A stretch of DNA of 64,000 nucleotides from Clostridiales bacterium (GCA_004555655.1 SFHJ01000006.1:10095-74094); one strand, 5' to 3'; shown: positions 1 to 9,976, counted from the first letter of the stretch. The notes: generated from the sequence alone by a model not told the origin. A program made the numbers and translations.

Positions 1-713
1 GCCGCGGTGCCGCAGGCTGCCTGGAACTTTTTTCGCGCGAGCACGTGGATGAGATCTACGGCGCGCACAATCTGCCGGGCTATCCGTTCGGCAGGATTTT
101 CACGCGCAGAGGCACGTTTGCCTGCGCCTCGCGCGGTCTGGCGGTACATCTGACGGGCGTGGGCGCGCATGCGGCCTACCCTGAGCTGGGCGTGTCCCCG
201 GCGGGCGCGCTGGGCAGACTGCTGCTGGCGCTTCCCGCGCTCGAAGAACGCTTCGCGCCCGAAGACGGCGCGCGCTGCACTATCATCGGCGCGCGGCTGG
301 GCGAGGAGGCGTTCGGCTCTGCACCCGGCAGCGCCGAACTGTGGCTGACGCTGCGCGCCGGGCGTGACGCGCCGCTGGAAGCGCTCTGCAATCTGGCCGT
401 ACAGACGGTCAAAAACGCGGCGGCAGAGGCAAAACTGGGCTGCGAAATCACCGTTCATGACCCCTTCCCGGCGACGGTCAACGACGACGGCTGCGCGCAG
501 AAGATCCTGCGCGCGTGCAGCGGCGCACTGCTGCCGGAGCCCATGCGCTGGAGCGAGGATTTCGGGCATTATCTGCGTGTGTGCCGCGGTGCGTTTTTCG
601 GTGTCGGCGCGGGCGGGACGCAGCCGCCGCTCCACAATCCCGCTTACGAATATCCCGATGCGCTGCTTGCGCCCACGATGCGGGCTTTTTTGCAGATACT
701 TGAAGACAGGTGA
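1..713 (+). CDS. M20 family amidohydrolase (5'-partial, runs in from before the window)
   Basis: Frame is open from the window edge; motifs GAHNLPG, G-x-G-AHAAYP, SEDFGHY and LHNPAYEY typical of M20D amidohydrolases. Confidence 0.85.
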   Translation, partial: RGAAGCLELFSREHVDEIYGAHNLPGYPFGRIFTRRGTFACASRGLAVHLTGVGAHAAYPELGVSPAGALGRLLLALPALEERFAPEDGARCTIIGARLGEEAFGSAPGSAELWLTLRAGRDAPLEALCNLAVQTVKNAAAEAKLGCEITVHDPFPATVNDDGCAQKILRACSGALLPEPMRWSEDFGHYLRVCRGAFFGVGAGGTQPPLHNPAYEYPDALLAPTMRAFLQILEDR

Positions 714-742
714 GCCCCGCGGGGCGGAAAGGAAACCGAATC

Positions 743-898
743 ATGAAGAAATTGATCGTGGATGACGCGTTTTTGAACCGGTTTCCCGACGCTGCCATCG
801 ACGAGCTGGCGGCGCTGCTGCAGAAGTATCTCGGCGCTGAAATCACGGCCAAGGCCATCGCCGGGCGTGCGTGCCGTGAGATTGTGATTCAGGAATAA
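743..898 (+). pseudogene. 51-aa remnant, probably an internally deleted B3/4-domain protein
   Basis: Good RBS (AAAGGAA) and ATG. The N-terminus MKKLIVDDAFLNRFPDAAI and C-terminus ELAALLQKYLGAEITAKAI..REIVI resemble the two ends of standalone Firmicute B3/4 proteins (normally >200 aa); recognition by memory only. Confidence 0.45.
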
Positions 899-956
899 GC
901 ACGCGGAGAATATACAAAATAATTGCGTAATACTTGCAAGAATTCTGTATATATCC

Positions 957-979
957 GTGCTATAATAAATAAATATGCA
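957..979 (+). promoter_or_regulatory. argR promoter: extended -10 (TGcTATAAT) overlapped by an ARG-box-like site
   Basis: TATAAT at 961-966; TAAATAAATATGCA at 966-979 is close to the ARG box TGMATWWWWATKCA; AT-rich island just upstream of argR. Confidence 0.55.
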
Positions 980-1002
980 AATTCGCCGCAGGAGGGGTAA
1001 CA

Positions 1003-1452
1003 ATGAAGACCGACCGGCAAAGTGTCATCCTCAGCATCATCGACGCCCAACCCATCCAGACGCAGCAGCAGCTGCAGCAGGCGCTTCTCGAACACGGCAT
1101 CTCATGTACACAGGGCACGCTCTCGCGGGATATTAAGCAGCTGCATCTGGTCAAATACCCTACGGCTGACGGCAAGCAGCGCTACACGGCTGACACCGCC
1201 TCCGCCGGAACCGAACAGCTCAAAAAGCTGGCGCAGGTATCGCGGCAGGGCGCAGTCTCGTTCAAGGTCGTGGAGAACCTGCTCGTCGTGAAGACGCTGC
1301 CGGGTTATGCGTCCGGCGTGGGCAGCTATCTGGACAAGCTGAAGCTTGAGCATGTGCTCGGAACGTTGGCCGGAAATGACACGGTGCTGGTGGCCATGAC
1401 CGACAGCAGGGCGGCGCAGGCGCTGTACCGCGACATCCGGGCGGTATTCTGA
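1003..1452 (+). CDS. argR: Arginine repressor
   Basis: TQQQL..L...G...TQGTLSRDIKQL wHTH; C-terminal VVKTLPG..GTLAGNDT arginine-binding motif; RBS GGAGGGG. Confidence 0.93.
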   Translation: MKTDRQSVILSIIDAQPIQTQQQLQQALLEHGISCTQGTLSRDIKQLHLVKYPTADGKQRYTADTASAGTEQLKKLAQVSRQGAVSFKVVENLLVVKTLPGYASGVGSYLDKLKLEHVLGTLAGNDTVLVAMTDSRAAQALYRDIRAVF

Positions 1453-1465
1453 CAGGAGGAACACT

Positions 1466-1888
1466 ATGGCATACATCTGGCCGATCGCGCTCGTGGTCGC
1501 CGCGAACGTCGTATACCATGTCTGCGCAAAGTCTGTGCCGGAATCGATGGACCCGTTTGCATCGCTGACTGTGTCATACACGCTGGGCGCGCTGCTCTCA
1601 GCAGGGCTGTATCTGATCATGCACAGGGGAGAGGGCTTCTGGCGCGAGGTCGGAAAGTTCAACTGGGCGTCGATCGTGATGGGGCTGGCCGTGGTCTGCA
1701 TGGAGGTGGGCTATATCTGCACCTACCGCGCCGGCTGGCAGGTGAGCAAGGCATCGACAGTTCAAAGTGCGGTGCTCGCCGCGGCGCTGCTGGGCGTCGG
1801 CGCGCTGTTTTTCCACGAGACGATCACGCTGCGCAAGGTCGCGGGCCTTGTGGTTTGCCTCATCGGACTTATCATCATCAATCACTGA
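1466..1888 (+). CDS. EamA/DMT family small membrane transporter
   Basis: 140 aa with about 5 hydrophobic segments; FHETITLRKVAG-type C-terminus. Confidence 0.8.
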   Translation: MAYIWPIALVVAANVVYHVCAKSVPESMDPFASLTVSYTLGALLSAGLYLIMHRGEGFWREVGKFNWASIVMGLAVVCMEVGYICTYRAGWQVSKASTVQSAVLAAALLGVGALFFHETITLRKVAGLVVCLIGLIIINH

Positions 1889-1899
1889 ACAGACGAAAA

Positions 1900-1932
1900 C
1901 CCCCGGCGCACGGAAGCGCCGGGGGCAGTTTT
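1900..1932. terminator. Intrinsic terminator between convergent genes
   Basis: CCCCCGGCGC-acggaa-GCGCCGGGGG stem with A-run before and T-rich sequence after. Confidence 0.75.
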
Positions 1933-2905
1933 ATTTTGGACCGAGCAGCAGCGCGCTCTGCAGCTGCAGAAGGCTCTGCAGGCGCTCGCGGTCGGCGGTG
2001 TAGTAGACGCGGTTGCCCTTCACGCTGCAGGTGACGAGGCCCGCGCCCGTGAGCTTGCTCATGTGGTGGTGGATGGTGTTGCGTGCGAGCGAAAACTGCT
2101 CGGACAACTCCTGGCCGTAGGCGCTGCGGCCGTTGAGAAAGCAGAGAATGTCGAACCGGTTGGGGTCGGCCAGCACGCGGATCATCTCATAGACGCGGCC
2201 CACGTCCTCACCGGCGCTCGCGAGCAGGCTTCGCAGCAGCGGCCGCAGCACGCCGCAGTAGATCTGCGTGTCGCCCTCCGGCGACGGCGGCAGAGACAGG
2301 TTGGTGTCGGGTGCGAGCAGCAGCGGCCGTAGCCGGTAGCGCGACGCAGCGGCGGGGTCAAGGCTGCTGGCCTGCCGTAAAAACGCCTCGCGGCCCATGG
2401 CGCGCAGCTCTTCATCAAACTGCGCGCACATCTCGTCCAGCAGCGCCATGTTCTGCTGCAGCGCTTCGGCCACCGGCAGCAGAAATTCCGACGCCTCGCG
2501 CAGCACACCGGCGGCGTTTCGCTGCAGCTCCAGAAGCGCCACGCGGCTTTCCGCCGGGACGTCGAGGGAGAGTACCGCCTGCGTAAACTGCTCGACACAG
2601 GCGCCCTCCGCGCCGTCGGGCCCGTCGGCAAGGTCGAGCGAGATCAGCAGATGGCGCGCCACATGCTCAGGCGGCAGGCGCTGCGCCTGCGTCAACAGCG
2701 CGGGCAGATCATCCTGATACGTGCCGAGCAGGGGATAGAGCAGCAGAAATACCGGCGAATACGAACTCAGCGTACTGCCGGGGAAGCCGTCCAGGCTTGC
2801 AAACAGGCGGTGCAGCGGTTCATCCGCCGGGACAAGCGGGGCAAGCCGCTGCGCTAGCTGCATGAGCGGCGCAGCCCGGCGGTCAAGCTCGCGCAGATCC
2901 GTCAC
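1931..2905 (-). CDS. ArsR/SmtB-family regulator with C-terminal wHTH, probably 5'-truncated
   Basis: C-terminus LADPNRFDIL..L....YGQELSEQFSLARNTIHHHMSKL..AGLV is a clear ArsR HTH. No RBS or promoter upstream; the start is uncertain (GTG 2905 or ATG 2863). Confidence 0.7.
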   Translation of the reverse strand: MTDLRELDRRAAPLMQLAQRLAPLVPADEPLHRLFASLDGFPGSTLSSYSPVFLLLYPLLGTYQDDLPALLTQAQRLPPEHVARHLLISLDLADGPDGAEGACVEQFTQAVLSLDVPAESRVALLELQRNAAGVLREASEFLLPVAEALQQNMALLDEMCAQFDEELRAMGREAFLRQASSLDPAAASRYRLRPLLLAPDTNLSLPPSPEGDTQIYCGVLRPLLRSLLASAGEDVGRVYEMIRVLADPNRFDILCFLNGRSAYGQELSEQFSLARNTIHHHMSKLTGAGLVTCSVKGNRVYYTADRERLQSLLQLQSALLLGPK

Positions 2906-2908
2906 GCC

Positions 2909-5900
2909 GTGGCTGGCGAGCCCGCCGTGATGGACTACTTTGGCCTGAGCACCTACAGCCTGAATGACGCGTCCGCGTCGGCCGGCGCGCAGGTGGCGGC
3001 GTTTTTGACCTCTGCCGATGCGAAGGCTGAGTCGAACGCGCTGCTGCGCGGCCAGGACGCTGTGCTGAGCGCGATCAGCGGCGTAGTAAACGAGCCCGTT
3101 GCGGCCAGCGCCAGCGTGCAGGCTGCGGCGGAAACGGCTGAAATGGAGCTGGTCGCCCAGTGGACGACGCTCATCAACGCCGTGGCCGTGAAGGTGCCGT
3201 ATGGCAAGCTCGATGAGATCCGCAACCTCGACGGCGTCAAGCGCGCCTATGTCGAGCGCACGTTTGCTGTGCCCGATGAGCCCGTGACCGACGCGGGCGC
3301 GATCGCCGGCTACAGCTATGATATGGTGGGCGTGCAGGCTGCATGGAACGCGGGCTACACCGGCAGGGGCATGCTCGTGGCCGTGCTGGATACGGGCCTT
3401 GACCTCAACTGGCAGGCCTATGCCGATCCGCATATCGTCTCGGTGCATGAGGCGTTCACCGAGAATTCCTTCAAGAGCGCCGATGCAAAGGATTGTCTGC
3501 GGTATAACAGCGCCAGCCTGGAAAGCTTTCTGAAGGCCAACACCCTCAACGCCGAGTTCCGCGGCGGCGAAACGGAGCTGACCTACGACTATAACGCCCT
3601 GTATAAGAACGCGAAGGTCCCCTTTGCGTATGACTACGCCGAACTGGATCTGAACGTTTTGCCGTCGGACAGTGACCACGGCACCCACGTCTCCGGCACC
3701 ATCGCGGGCTATGCGGCTGACAGCGAGGGCGCGGTCAAGTTCTCCGGCGTGGCGCCTGACGCGCAGATTCTGTCGATGAAGGTCTTCCCCGATTCCGGCG
3801 GAGGCGCAAAGGAAAGCGACACCATCAGCGCGCTGGAAGACGCGATGAAGCTGGGCGCGGACGTCATCAACCTCTCTCTGGGTTCGGACAACGGCTTTGC
3901 CGAGGACGATACCGCACAGGAGGAGCTCTATGACACCGTCCGCGCGGCGGGCGTTCTGCTCATGACCTCTGCGGGCAACGCTGACGATTCCGACTATATG
4001 AACAACTACGGCGGCAACAACCTGACCGCTGACCCCGAGGTCTCGATGATGTCGTCTCCGGCCGTGTATGATTCCAACCTGGCCGTGGCCTCGATCAACA
4101 ATACCGTGGACGTGCAGACGATCTTCACCTGGACGGATGCGGAAGACGAAGAGCAAGAAGTGGTCTATGCCGACGCCAACACCCCGTCGATGAAGTACAA
4201 GTTTGCGGGGAAGGAGCCTGTCTCCATCATCCCCGTAGGCGGCACGGGTACCTACAGCGATTATTATAACGCCGGCTTCCGCAGCTACTACGGCTATGGC
4301 GGCGAAAAGGGCGTGAGCGGCATCGCGCTGGTGCAGCGCGGTGAGATAAGCTTTGTGGACAAGATCAAGAACGCGGAAAGCTTCTATTGGAGCTACTACG
4401 ACAGCGCGCTGGGCTACTATGTCAACGAGTGCCCGGTCAAGGCCGTCATTGTCTATGACAATGTGGAAGGCAGTCTGGTCTTCATGAGCACCGAGGGCAC
4501 CAATCTGACCTCCGCGTTCATCTCCAAGGCGGACGGCGAAGCCATTGTGGCCGCGGTGGAAGCGGGCCATGATGTGAAAATCAGCGTCAAGGAAGAGGAC
4601 AACGTGGTCGTCTGGGATCAGGCGTACGAGATGTCCGAGTTCACCTCGTGGGGCGCAGGCCCGGGTCTCGAGCTCAAGCCTGAAATCACCGCGCCCGGCG
4701 GAAACATCAGGTCGACCGTCACCGGCGGCAGCTCTGCCGACGGCTCCACCGGCTCGTACGGCATGATGAGCGGCACCTCCATGGCTGCGCCGCACATGAC
4801 CGGCATCGCGGCGCTTGTTGAGCAGTATGTGCATTCGAAGGGTCTGGTCTCGAAGCAGGCCGACGCCGATCTGACCGAGCAGCTGCTCGTCAGCACAGCC
4901 GTGCCGCAGACCGAAGACACTACATATTATTCTCCACGCCGTCAGGGCGCGGGCCTTGTCAACGCCGCTGCGGCCATCACCACCCCCGCCTATATCACCG
5001 TCGGGGGCCAGCGCGTGGGCAAGCTGGAGCTCAAGGATGACCCCGGCAAGACCGGCTCTTACGAGTTTGAATTTACCGTCAACAACATGACGTTCGATTC
5101 GCTGAGCTACAACGTCAAGGCCGTTCTGATGCGGCCCGCAGTGGCTGGGGACGTCACGCTTGACAACGACGTCCTGATTCGGGAAGTCGACCTTGGCACC
5201 GTCACTGTGCCCGGCCGCACGACAGGCGCGTTCAGCAGTGCAGCCGTCTCTAAGACCGTCTCGCTGACGGATGCGGAAAAGGCGGAGCTCGACGGCCTGT
5301 TTGAAAACGGCACCTATGTTGAAGGCTTCATCATTCTGACCGACGCAAACGGCAGCAATCCGCAGCTCGGCCTGCCCTTCCTCGCCTTCTACGGCGACTG
5401 GACGGCGGCACCCATCTTCGACCGCGCCACGTGGATCGACGAGATGGGAGAAGACGAGGCGTTCTGGGATGCTGCGTGCACCTGGTGGCCTTCGATTATG
5501 GGCTACTTCGATGGCTACAGCTTCTACAATCTGGGCCAGAACCCGTTTGACAGCTTTGCACCGGCCCAGCAGGGCGAGTACTTCGAAGAGAATATCACCA
5601 TCTCTCCCACGGGCGTGTTCAAGTCGATCAACGACTATGAGCTCTATCAGCTGCGCGAAGCCAAGCTGATGGTGGTGGAGGTTCGCAACAAGGAAACGAA
5701 CGAGCTCTACTACCGCGACTTTGCGACCTACCAGTTCAAGACATATTACGACTACAATAACGCATGGCCCATCCCGTCGTCTCTGTACTACTTCACGGAT
5801 ACTGACTGGGACGGCACCGATCTTGAGGGCAATGTCCTGCCCAGCGGTACGCAGTGCGTCTATACCATCACCGCCTACGGTGAGGGTGAATATCCCCTGA

Positions 5901-8809
5901 CTGCGGACGGCCATACCGATGTGGAGGCCATCCATCCCGGCCAGACTGAGCCGACCTTCAACGGCCATGTCATGGATTCCACCGGCGACGTCATCTCCTT
6001 TGACGTCATGGTCGATACCGAAGCGCCGAAGCTGGTCGACAACGCCGTTACCATCTATGAAGAAGACGGCCACACCTATATGACCGGCACCTTTGAAGAC
6101 GAGGGCTCCATCGCCGCTGTGGAGATTGTGCCGCAGGTGAAGCGCACGTATAAGGAGGGTTACGGCGACCCCAGCTACGCGGAGTATGGTTTGGATCTCA
6201 ACAATCCCTTCCTCTGCGAATACGTCTATGATGCCGATGTGGACACCTTCCGCTTCACGGCTGACGTGACTGCGTATGCGCATACCAATGAGTCCTACGC
6301 TGGCGAAAACTACTACTACGACTTTACGTGGACGGGGAACGTCTTCGTCTTCGGCGGCGACTACGGCGGAAACGAGCGCTCGTATGCCGTGACGGTCGAC
6401 ACCACGCCGGGCCTCATTCTCTCGCAGACTTCGGCGCTGCTGTACGTGGGCGACGAGTTCGATCTGAGCGTCAACAACAACACCGATTCCGCCACGCCCG
6501 TGACCCGCACCTCCACCAACCCCGAGGTGGCTTCTGTTGATGAGTTCGGCCACATTGTGGCGCTTGCGCCCGGTCAGACCACCATCGTCGTCTCCAACGG
6601 TGTGTCCGAGTCCGTATGCATCGTGGCCGTACAGGAGCGGCCGACCGAGGTTCTGGACTTTGACCTCTCCATTGACCATTTCTCCACGCTGACGCCCGCA
6701 GGCGAGATCGTTGTCAAGGTCACCAACCTGCAGCCCGCCGATGTGGAGCTGACGGAGATCCGCTGGGAGGTCAGCGAGGACGAGGAAACTGCTGAAAACT
6801 ACGAGGGCCTTGTCAACTGCGATAAGTATACGAGTGACGGCCTGAGCGGTTTGATCTACCTGAACTACAGCGCCTACGATCCCTACAATCAGGGTGAGCA
6901 GACCAATCCGCCCATCCCGGCCGGTTCCGGCACGCTGACCGTCACGCTCAACGGCGTGAAGCGCACGATGACGCTGGATTGGGAAGCCCTGTACAAGACG
7001 AACAGCGACGACGACTTGATCTCTGACCTGTATGGCAGCCAGCAGACTGTCTACGTGACGCAGGGCGAGACCGCAACGCTCATTGCCAGATACAAGGAAG
7101 TCTCCGCCCACAGCGCGCTGCCTGTAAAGCTGTATACGCTCGAGAACAGCTATAACTACGGTTACTCCAATCCCGAAGTCGAAGCAAAGGGCCTGATTCT
7201 GGACGGTGCGCCTACGGTCGGCACCGGTGCACAGTGGACCGGCAGGCTGGTCAACGAGGAGGGCTATGCCCTGCCCGAGACCATTCAGGTTGGTACCCGC
7301 TACGACTATGGATATGAGTATTGGTGGATGAACTCTGAATACTACAGCTATTATTCCTACGATTCTACCACCGGTGAGATCGTCGTCTATGCAGCCCCCT
7401 ATGGCGACACCAACACTCTGGTCATCCGCGCCGACGGTGTGGTGAGCGAGGGCAACCCCGCAGGCGAGCTGAGCGGCAACGAGTATGAAACGCCTGAGGC
7501 ACTCTACGGCCCGTTCACCTGGACGGTCATAGACGGCGATGGCGCGCTGACCACGGAAGAAAGCGTGATCGTGGACGGCTACACCAAGAAGAACATTGCC
7601 AAGTATACGCCTGCCGAGCCCGGCGTGAGCTACCTGAAGGCCACGAGCAAGGACGGCAAGTACAGCGTTGACTTTGCCGTTATCTCTGAGCCGGTCAAGG
7701 CAACCAAGCTGGATCTGGATGTCCACTCCCTGGCGCTGAAGGTCGGCGAGACCGGGACGCTTGTGCCCGAGTATACGCCCGAGCCCTCGCTGCAGAGCGA
7801 TAAGGAGCTGATCTGGACCTCCTTTAACCCCAAGGTTGCGACGGTCGATGCAAACGGCGTTGTGACCGGCGTGACCCCCGGCTATGCATTCGTGAAGGTC
7901 TGCCTCAAGACCAATACCAGAGTGCTGAGCTACTGCGTCGTGTCGGTCGAAGCGGAGCCCGTACCCGAGGTTTACTACACTGTGAGCTTCAACAGCATGG
8001 GCGGTACCGCAGTGGCGTCGCAGACAGTTCTGAGCGGCGCGCACGCTGCCGCGCCTGCCGATCCCACCAGAGCCGGCTACACCTTTGAAGGCTGGTACAC
8101 CGACGGCTCGTACGAAAACCGCTTTGATTTCGGTGCGCCTGTGACCGCCGACGTCACCCTGTATGCCAAGTGGAGCAAGACGGCTGTTGTCGAGCCCGAT
8201 CCCACGCCCGTGCTCCCGCCGGTGACGCCCATCGCGCCCAGCAAGCCCGCTGAGCCTGCGCCTGAGAAAAAAGCCACGTTTGTGGATGTGCCCACCAGCC
8301 ACTGGGCCTATGACGCGGTGCAGACCGTGGTCGATCTGGGCCTGTTCAACGGTGTGTCCGCGAACAAGTTTGATCCCAGCGGCGAAATGACGCGCGCAAT
8401 GCTCGTGACCGTCCTCTGGCGTCTTGAGAACAAGCCTGCCGCCGCTTTTACCGGCACGTTCGCCGATGTGAAGTCCGGCCAGTACTACACCACCGCTGTG
8501 GAGTGGGCGCTGGCGAACGGCGTGGTCAACGGCGTTTCGCCCGTCAGCTTCGCGCCCGACAGCGTTGTCACGCGTGAGCAGATCGCAGCCATTCTGTGGC
8601 GGCTTGAGGGCTCGCCGGTCGTGAGCGGCGATCTGTCCCGTTTCCATGACGGCAACACCGTCAGCGGCTACGCAAAGCAGGCCATGATCTGGGCTGTGAG
8701 CGTGGGCCTGTTCAGCGGCGACGCCAGCGGCAACCTGCGGCCCACCGCCGCGGCCAGCCGCGCAGAGGTCGCTACGCTGATGTGCCGCTACGTGGAGAAA
8801 TTCCGCTGA
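2909..8809 (+). CDS. Cell-surface S8 (lactocepin/C5a-peptidase-like) serine protease with PA, Ig-like (Big_2), InlB-B-type repeat and SLH domains; N-terminus apparently missing
   Basis: Triad motifs VAVLDTG, HGTHVSG, SGTSMAAP; INLSLG; KPEITAPGG; I9-like propeptide; PADPTRAGYTFEGWY repeat; three C-terminal SLH repeats (FVDVPTSHWAY, TRAM, TREQIA, RAEVA). No signal peptide or RBS. Confidence 0.9.
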   Translation: MAGEPAVMDYFGLSTYSLNDASASAGAQVAAFLTSADAKAESNALLRGQDAVLSAISGVVNEPVAASASVQAAAETAEMELVAQWTTLINAVAVKVPYGKLDEIRNLDGVKRAYVERTFAVPDEPVTDAGAIAGYSYDMVGVQAAWNAGYTGRGMLVAVLDTGLDLNWQAYADPHIVSVHEAFTENSFKSADAKDCLRYNSASLESFLKANTLNAEFRGGETELTYDYNALYKNAKVPFAYDYAELDLNVLPSDSDHGTHVSGTIAGYAADSEGAVKFSGVAPDAQILSMKVFPDSGGGAKESDTISALEDAMKLGADVINLSLGSDNGFAEDDTAQEELYDTVRAAGVLLMTSAGNADDSDYMNNYGGNNLTADPEVSMMSSPAVYDSNLAVASINNTVDVQTIFTWTDAEDEEQEVVYADANTPSMKYKFAGKEPVSIIPVGGTGTYSDYYNAGFRSYYGYGGEKGVSGIALVQRGEISFVDKIKNAESFYWSYYDSALGYYVNECPVKAVIVYDNVEGSLVFMSTEGTNLTSAFISKADGEAIVAAVEAGHDVKISVKEEDNVVVWDQAYEMSEFTSWGAGPGLELKPEITAPGGNIRSTVTGGSSADGSTGSYGMMSGTSMAAPHMTGIAALVEQYVHSKGLVSKQADADLTEQLLVSTAVPQTEDTTYYSPRRQGAGLVNAAAAITTPAYITVGGQRVGKLELKDDPGKTGSYEFEFTVNNMTFDSLSYNVKAVLMRPAVAGDVTLDNDVLIREVDLGTVTVPGRTTGAFSSAAVSKTVSLTDAEKAELDGLFENGTYVEGFIILTDANGSNPQLGLPFLAFYGDWTAAPIFDRATWIDEMGEDEAFWDAACTWWPSIMGYFDGYSFYNLGQNPFDSFAPAQQGEYFEENITISPTGVFKSINDYELYQLREAKLMVVEVRNKETNELYYRDFATYQFKTYYDYNNAWPIPSSLYYFTDTDWDGTDLEGNVLPSGTQCVYTITAYGEGEYPLTADGHTDVEAIHPGQTEPTFNGHVMDSTGDVISFDVMVDTEAPKLVDNAVTIYEEDGHTYMTGTFEDEGSIAAVEIVPQVKRTYKEGYGDPSYAEYGLDLNNPFLCEYVYDADVDTFRFTADVTAYAHTNESYAGENYYYDFTWTGNVFVFGGDYGGNERSYAVTVDTTPGLILSQTSALLYVGDEFDLSVNNNTDSATPVTRTSTNPEVASVDEFGHIVALAPGQTTIVVSNGVSESVCIVAVQERPTEVLDFDLSIDHFSTLTPAGEIVVKVTNLQPADVELTEIRWEVSEDEETAENYEGLVNCDKYTSDGLSGLIYLNYSAYDPYNQGEQTNPPIPAGSGTLTVTLNGVKRTMTLDWEALYKTNSDDDLISDLYGSQQTVYVTQGETATLIARYKEVSAHSALPVKLYTLENSYNYGYSNPEVEAKGLILDGAPTVGTGAQWTGRLVNEEGYALPETIQVGTRYDYGYEYWWMNSEYYSYYSYDSTTGEIVVYAAPYGDTNTLVIRADGVVSEGNPAGELSGNEYETPEALYGPFTWTVIDGDGALTTEESVIVDGYTKKNIAKYTPAEPGVSYLKATSKDGKYSVDFAVISEPVKATKLDLDVHSLALKVGETGTLVPEYTPEPSLQSDKELIWTSFNPKVATVDANGVVTGVTPGYAFVKVCLKTNTRVLSYCVVSVEAEPVPEVYYTVSFNSMGGTAVASQTVLSGAHAAAPADPTRAGYTFEGWYTDGSYENRFDFGAPVTADVTLYAKWSKTAVVEPDPTPVLPPVTPIAPSKPAEPAPEKKATFVDVPTSHWAYDAVQTVVDLGLFNGVSANKFDPSGEMTRAMLVTVLWRLENKPAAAFTGTFADVKSGQYYTTAVEWALANGVVNGVSPVSFAPDSVVTREQIAAILWRLEGSPVVSGDLSRFHDGNTVSGYAKQAMIWAVSVGLFSGDASGNLRPTAAASRAEVATLMCRYVEKFR

Positions 8810-8843
8810 ACCGGCACCTGAACGGCAAAGAAACATGAAAAGC

Positions 8844-8877
8844 GCAGGCAGTCCCGAAAGGAACTGCCTGTGTTTTT
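8844..8877 (+). terminator. Rho-independent terminator
   Basis: GCAGGCAGTCC-cgaaa-GGAACTGCCTGT stem followed by TTTTT. Confidence 0.75.
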
Positions 8878-8907
8878 ATGCCACGCTGCGGCCTGGATTT
8901 TGGCCGC

Positions 8908-8937
8908 TTTACAAAAGAGCTTTTCCGGTGCTACAAT
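8908..8937 (+). promoter_or_regulatory. Sigma-70-type promoter
   Basis: TTTACA-18 bp-TACAAT with TGn extension. Confidence 0.5.
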
Positions 8938-8983
8938 AAAATACGGCCCATGCGCACAAAAAGCAGAAAAAGGAAAGAACAGT

Positions 8984-9976
8984 ATGAAAAAGTTCCTGAA
9001 AATTCTTTGTATCTTCGCCTGCGTGCTGCTGGTGTTGGCAGCGGCAGTGTTCGCGGCGATGAAGATTTCCCAGCACCACCGCTCCGACCCGGCAGACGTG
9101 ATCCGCTATGAGACGACGAACCCCTATATCCTCGACAAGACGGATATCTCCGGCCACCGTTCGGGCGGCGGCATCGCGCCCGAGGAGACGATGATGGCGT
9201 TTGCCAACTGCGTGGAGAATCCCGATTTCCAGGTGAACGTGTTTGAGTTTGACCTGCACATCACGAAAGACGGCGTGCTGGTGCTGCTGCACGACGACAC
9301 GCTGGACAGAACCTCCGACTGCGAGGCTGTGTTCGGCGAGACGGACGTACGGCCCGAGACGAAGACCTATGAAGAGCTGCGGCAGCTCAACATGGGCGCG
9401 AAATTCGTCGATCCCGACGGCAATATGCCCTATGCCGGGCTCTCGGGCGCGGCCGTGCCCGACGAGCTGCGCATTCTCCGTCTGGAGGACGTTCTGGACT
9501 ATCTGTCGGCGGCCGGGGACTACAAGTACATCATCGAGATCAAAAACGGCGGTGCGCTCGGCATGCAGGGCGTGGATACGCTCTACGCGGTGCTGACCGG
9601 GCGCGGACTGGTCAGCCGCGTGGTGTTCGGCACGTTCCAGGCCGAGATCAGCGCCTATGTCGATGAGACATACCCCGATCTCGCGCGCAGCGCGTCGGTA
9701 AATGAAGTGCTGCGGTTCTATCTGGCCGCGCTCACAAACAGCAAGTCGTATGAACCGCCCTGCTCGGTGCTGCAGATCCCGTTTGAGGAGTCTTATCTGA
9801 AGTACGGCATCAACCTCGGCACCGCGGCGGTCATCAATTACGCGCACGCGCACAACATGGCCGTGCAGTACTGGACCATCAACGACCCCGGGGACATGGC
9901 GTATCTGGCGTCGATGGGCGCCGACTGCATCATGACAGACTATCCGGACGTGCTCTACAGTGTGCTGCATCCGTGA
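8984..9976 (+). CDS. Glycerophosphodiester phosphodiesterase, membrane-anchored
   Basis: GHRSGGGIAPEET, FEFDLHITKDG.LVLLHD, IEIK, WTIND, IMTDYP motifs; N-terminal TM helix; ATG after AAGGAAAG. Confidence 0.92.
   Translation: MKKFLKILCIFACVLLVLAAAVFAAMKISQHHRSDPADVIRYETTNPYILDKTDISGHRSGGGIAPEETMMAFANCVENPDFQVNVFEFDLHITKDGVLVLLHDDTLDRTSDCEAVFGETDVRPETKTYEELRQLNMGAKFVDPDGNMPYAGLSGAAVPDELRILRLEDVLDYLSAAGDYKYIIEIKNGGALGMQGVDTLYAVLTGRGLVSRVVFGTFQAEISAYVDETYPDLARSASVNEVLRFYLAALTNSKSYEPPCSVLQIPFEESYLKYGINLGTAAVINYAHAHNMAVQYWTINDPGDMAYLASMGADCIMTDYPDVLYSVLHP

Noticed and set aside
1931..8836. 2301-aa minus-strand ORF
   Set aside because: Only the last ~325 aa (ArsR-type) look like protein; the rest is the antisense shadow of the S8 protease gene, kept open by codon bias.
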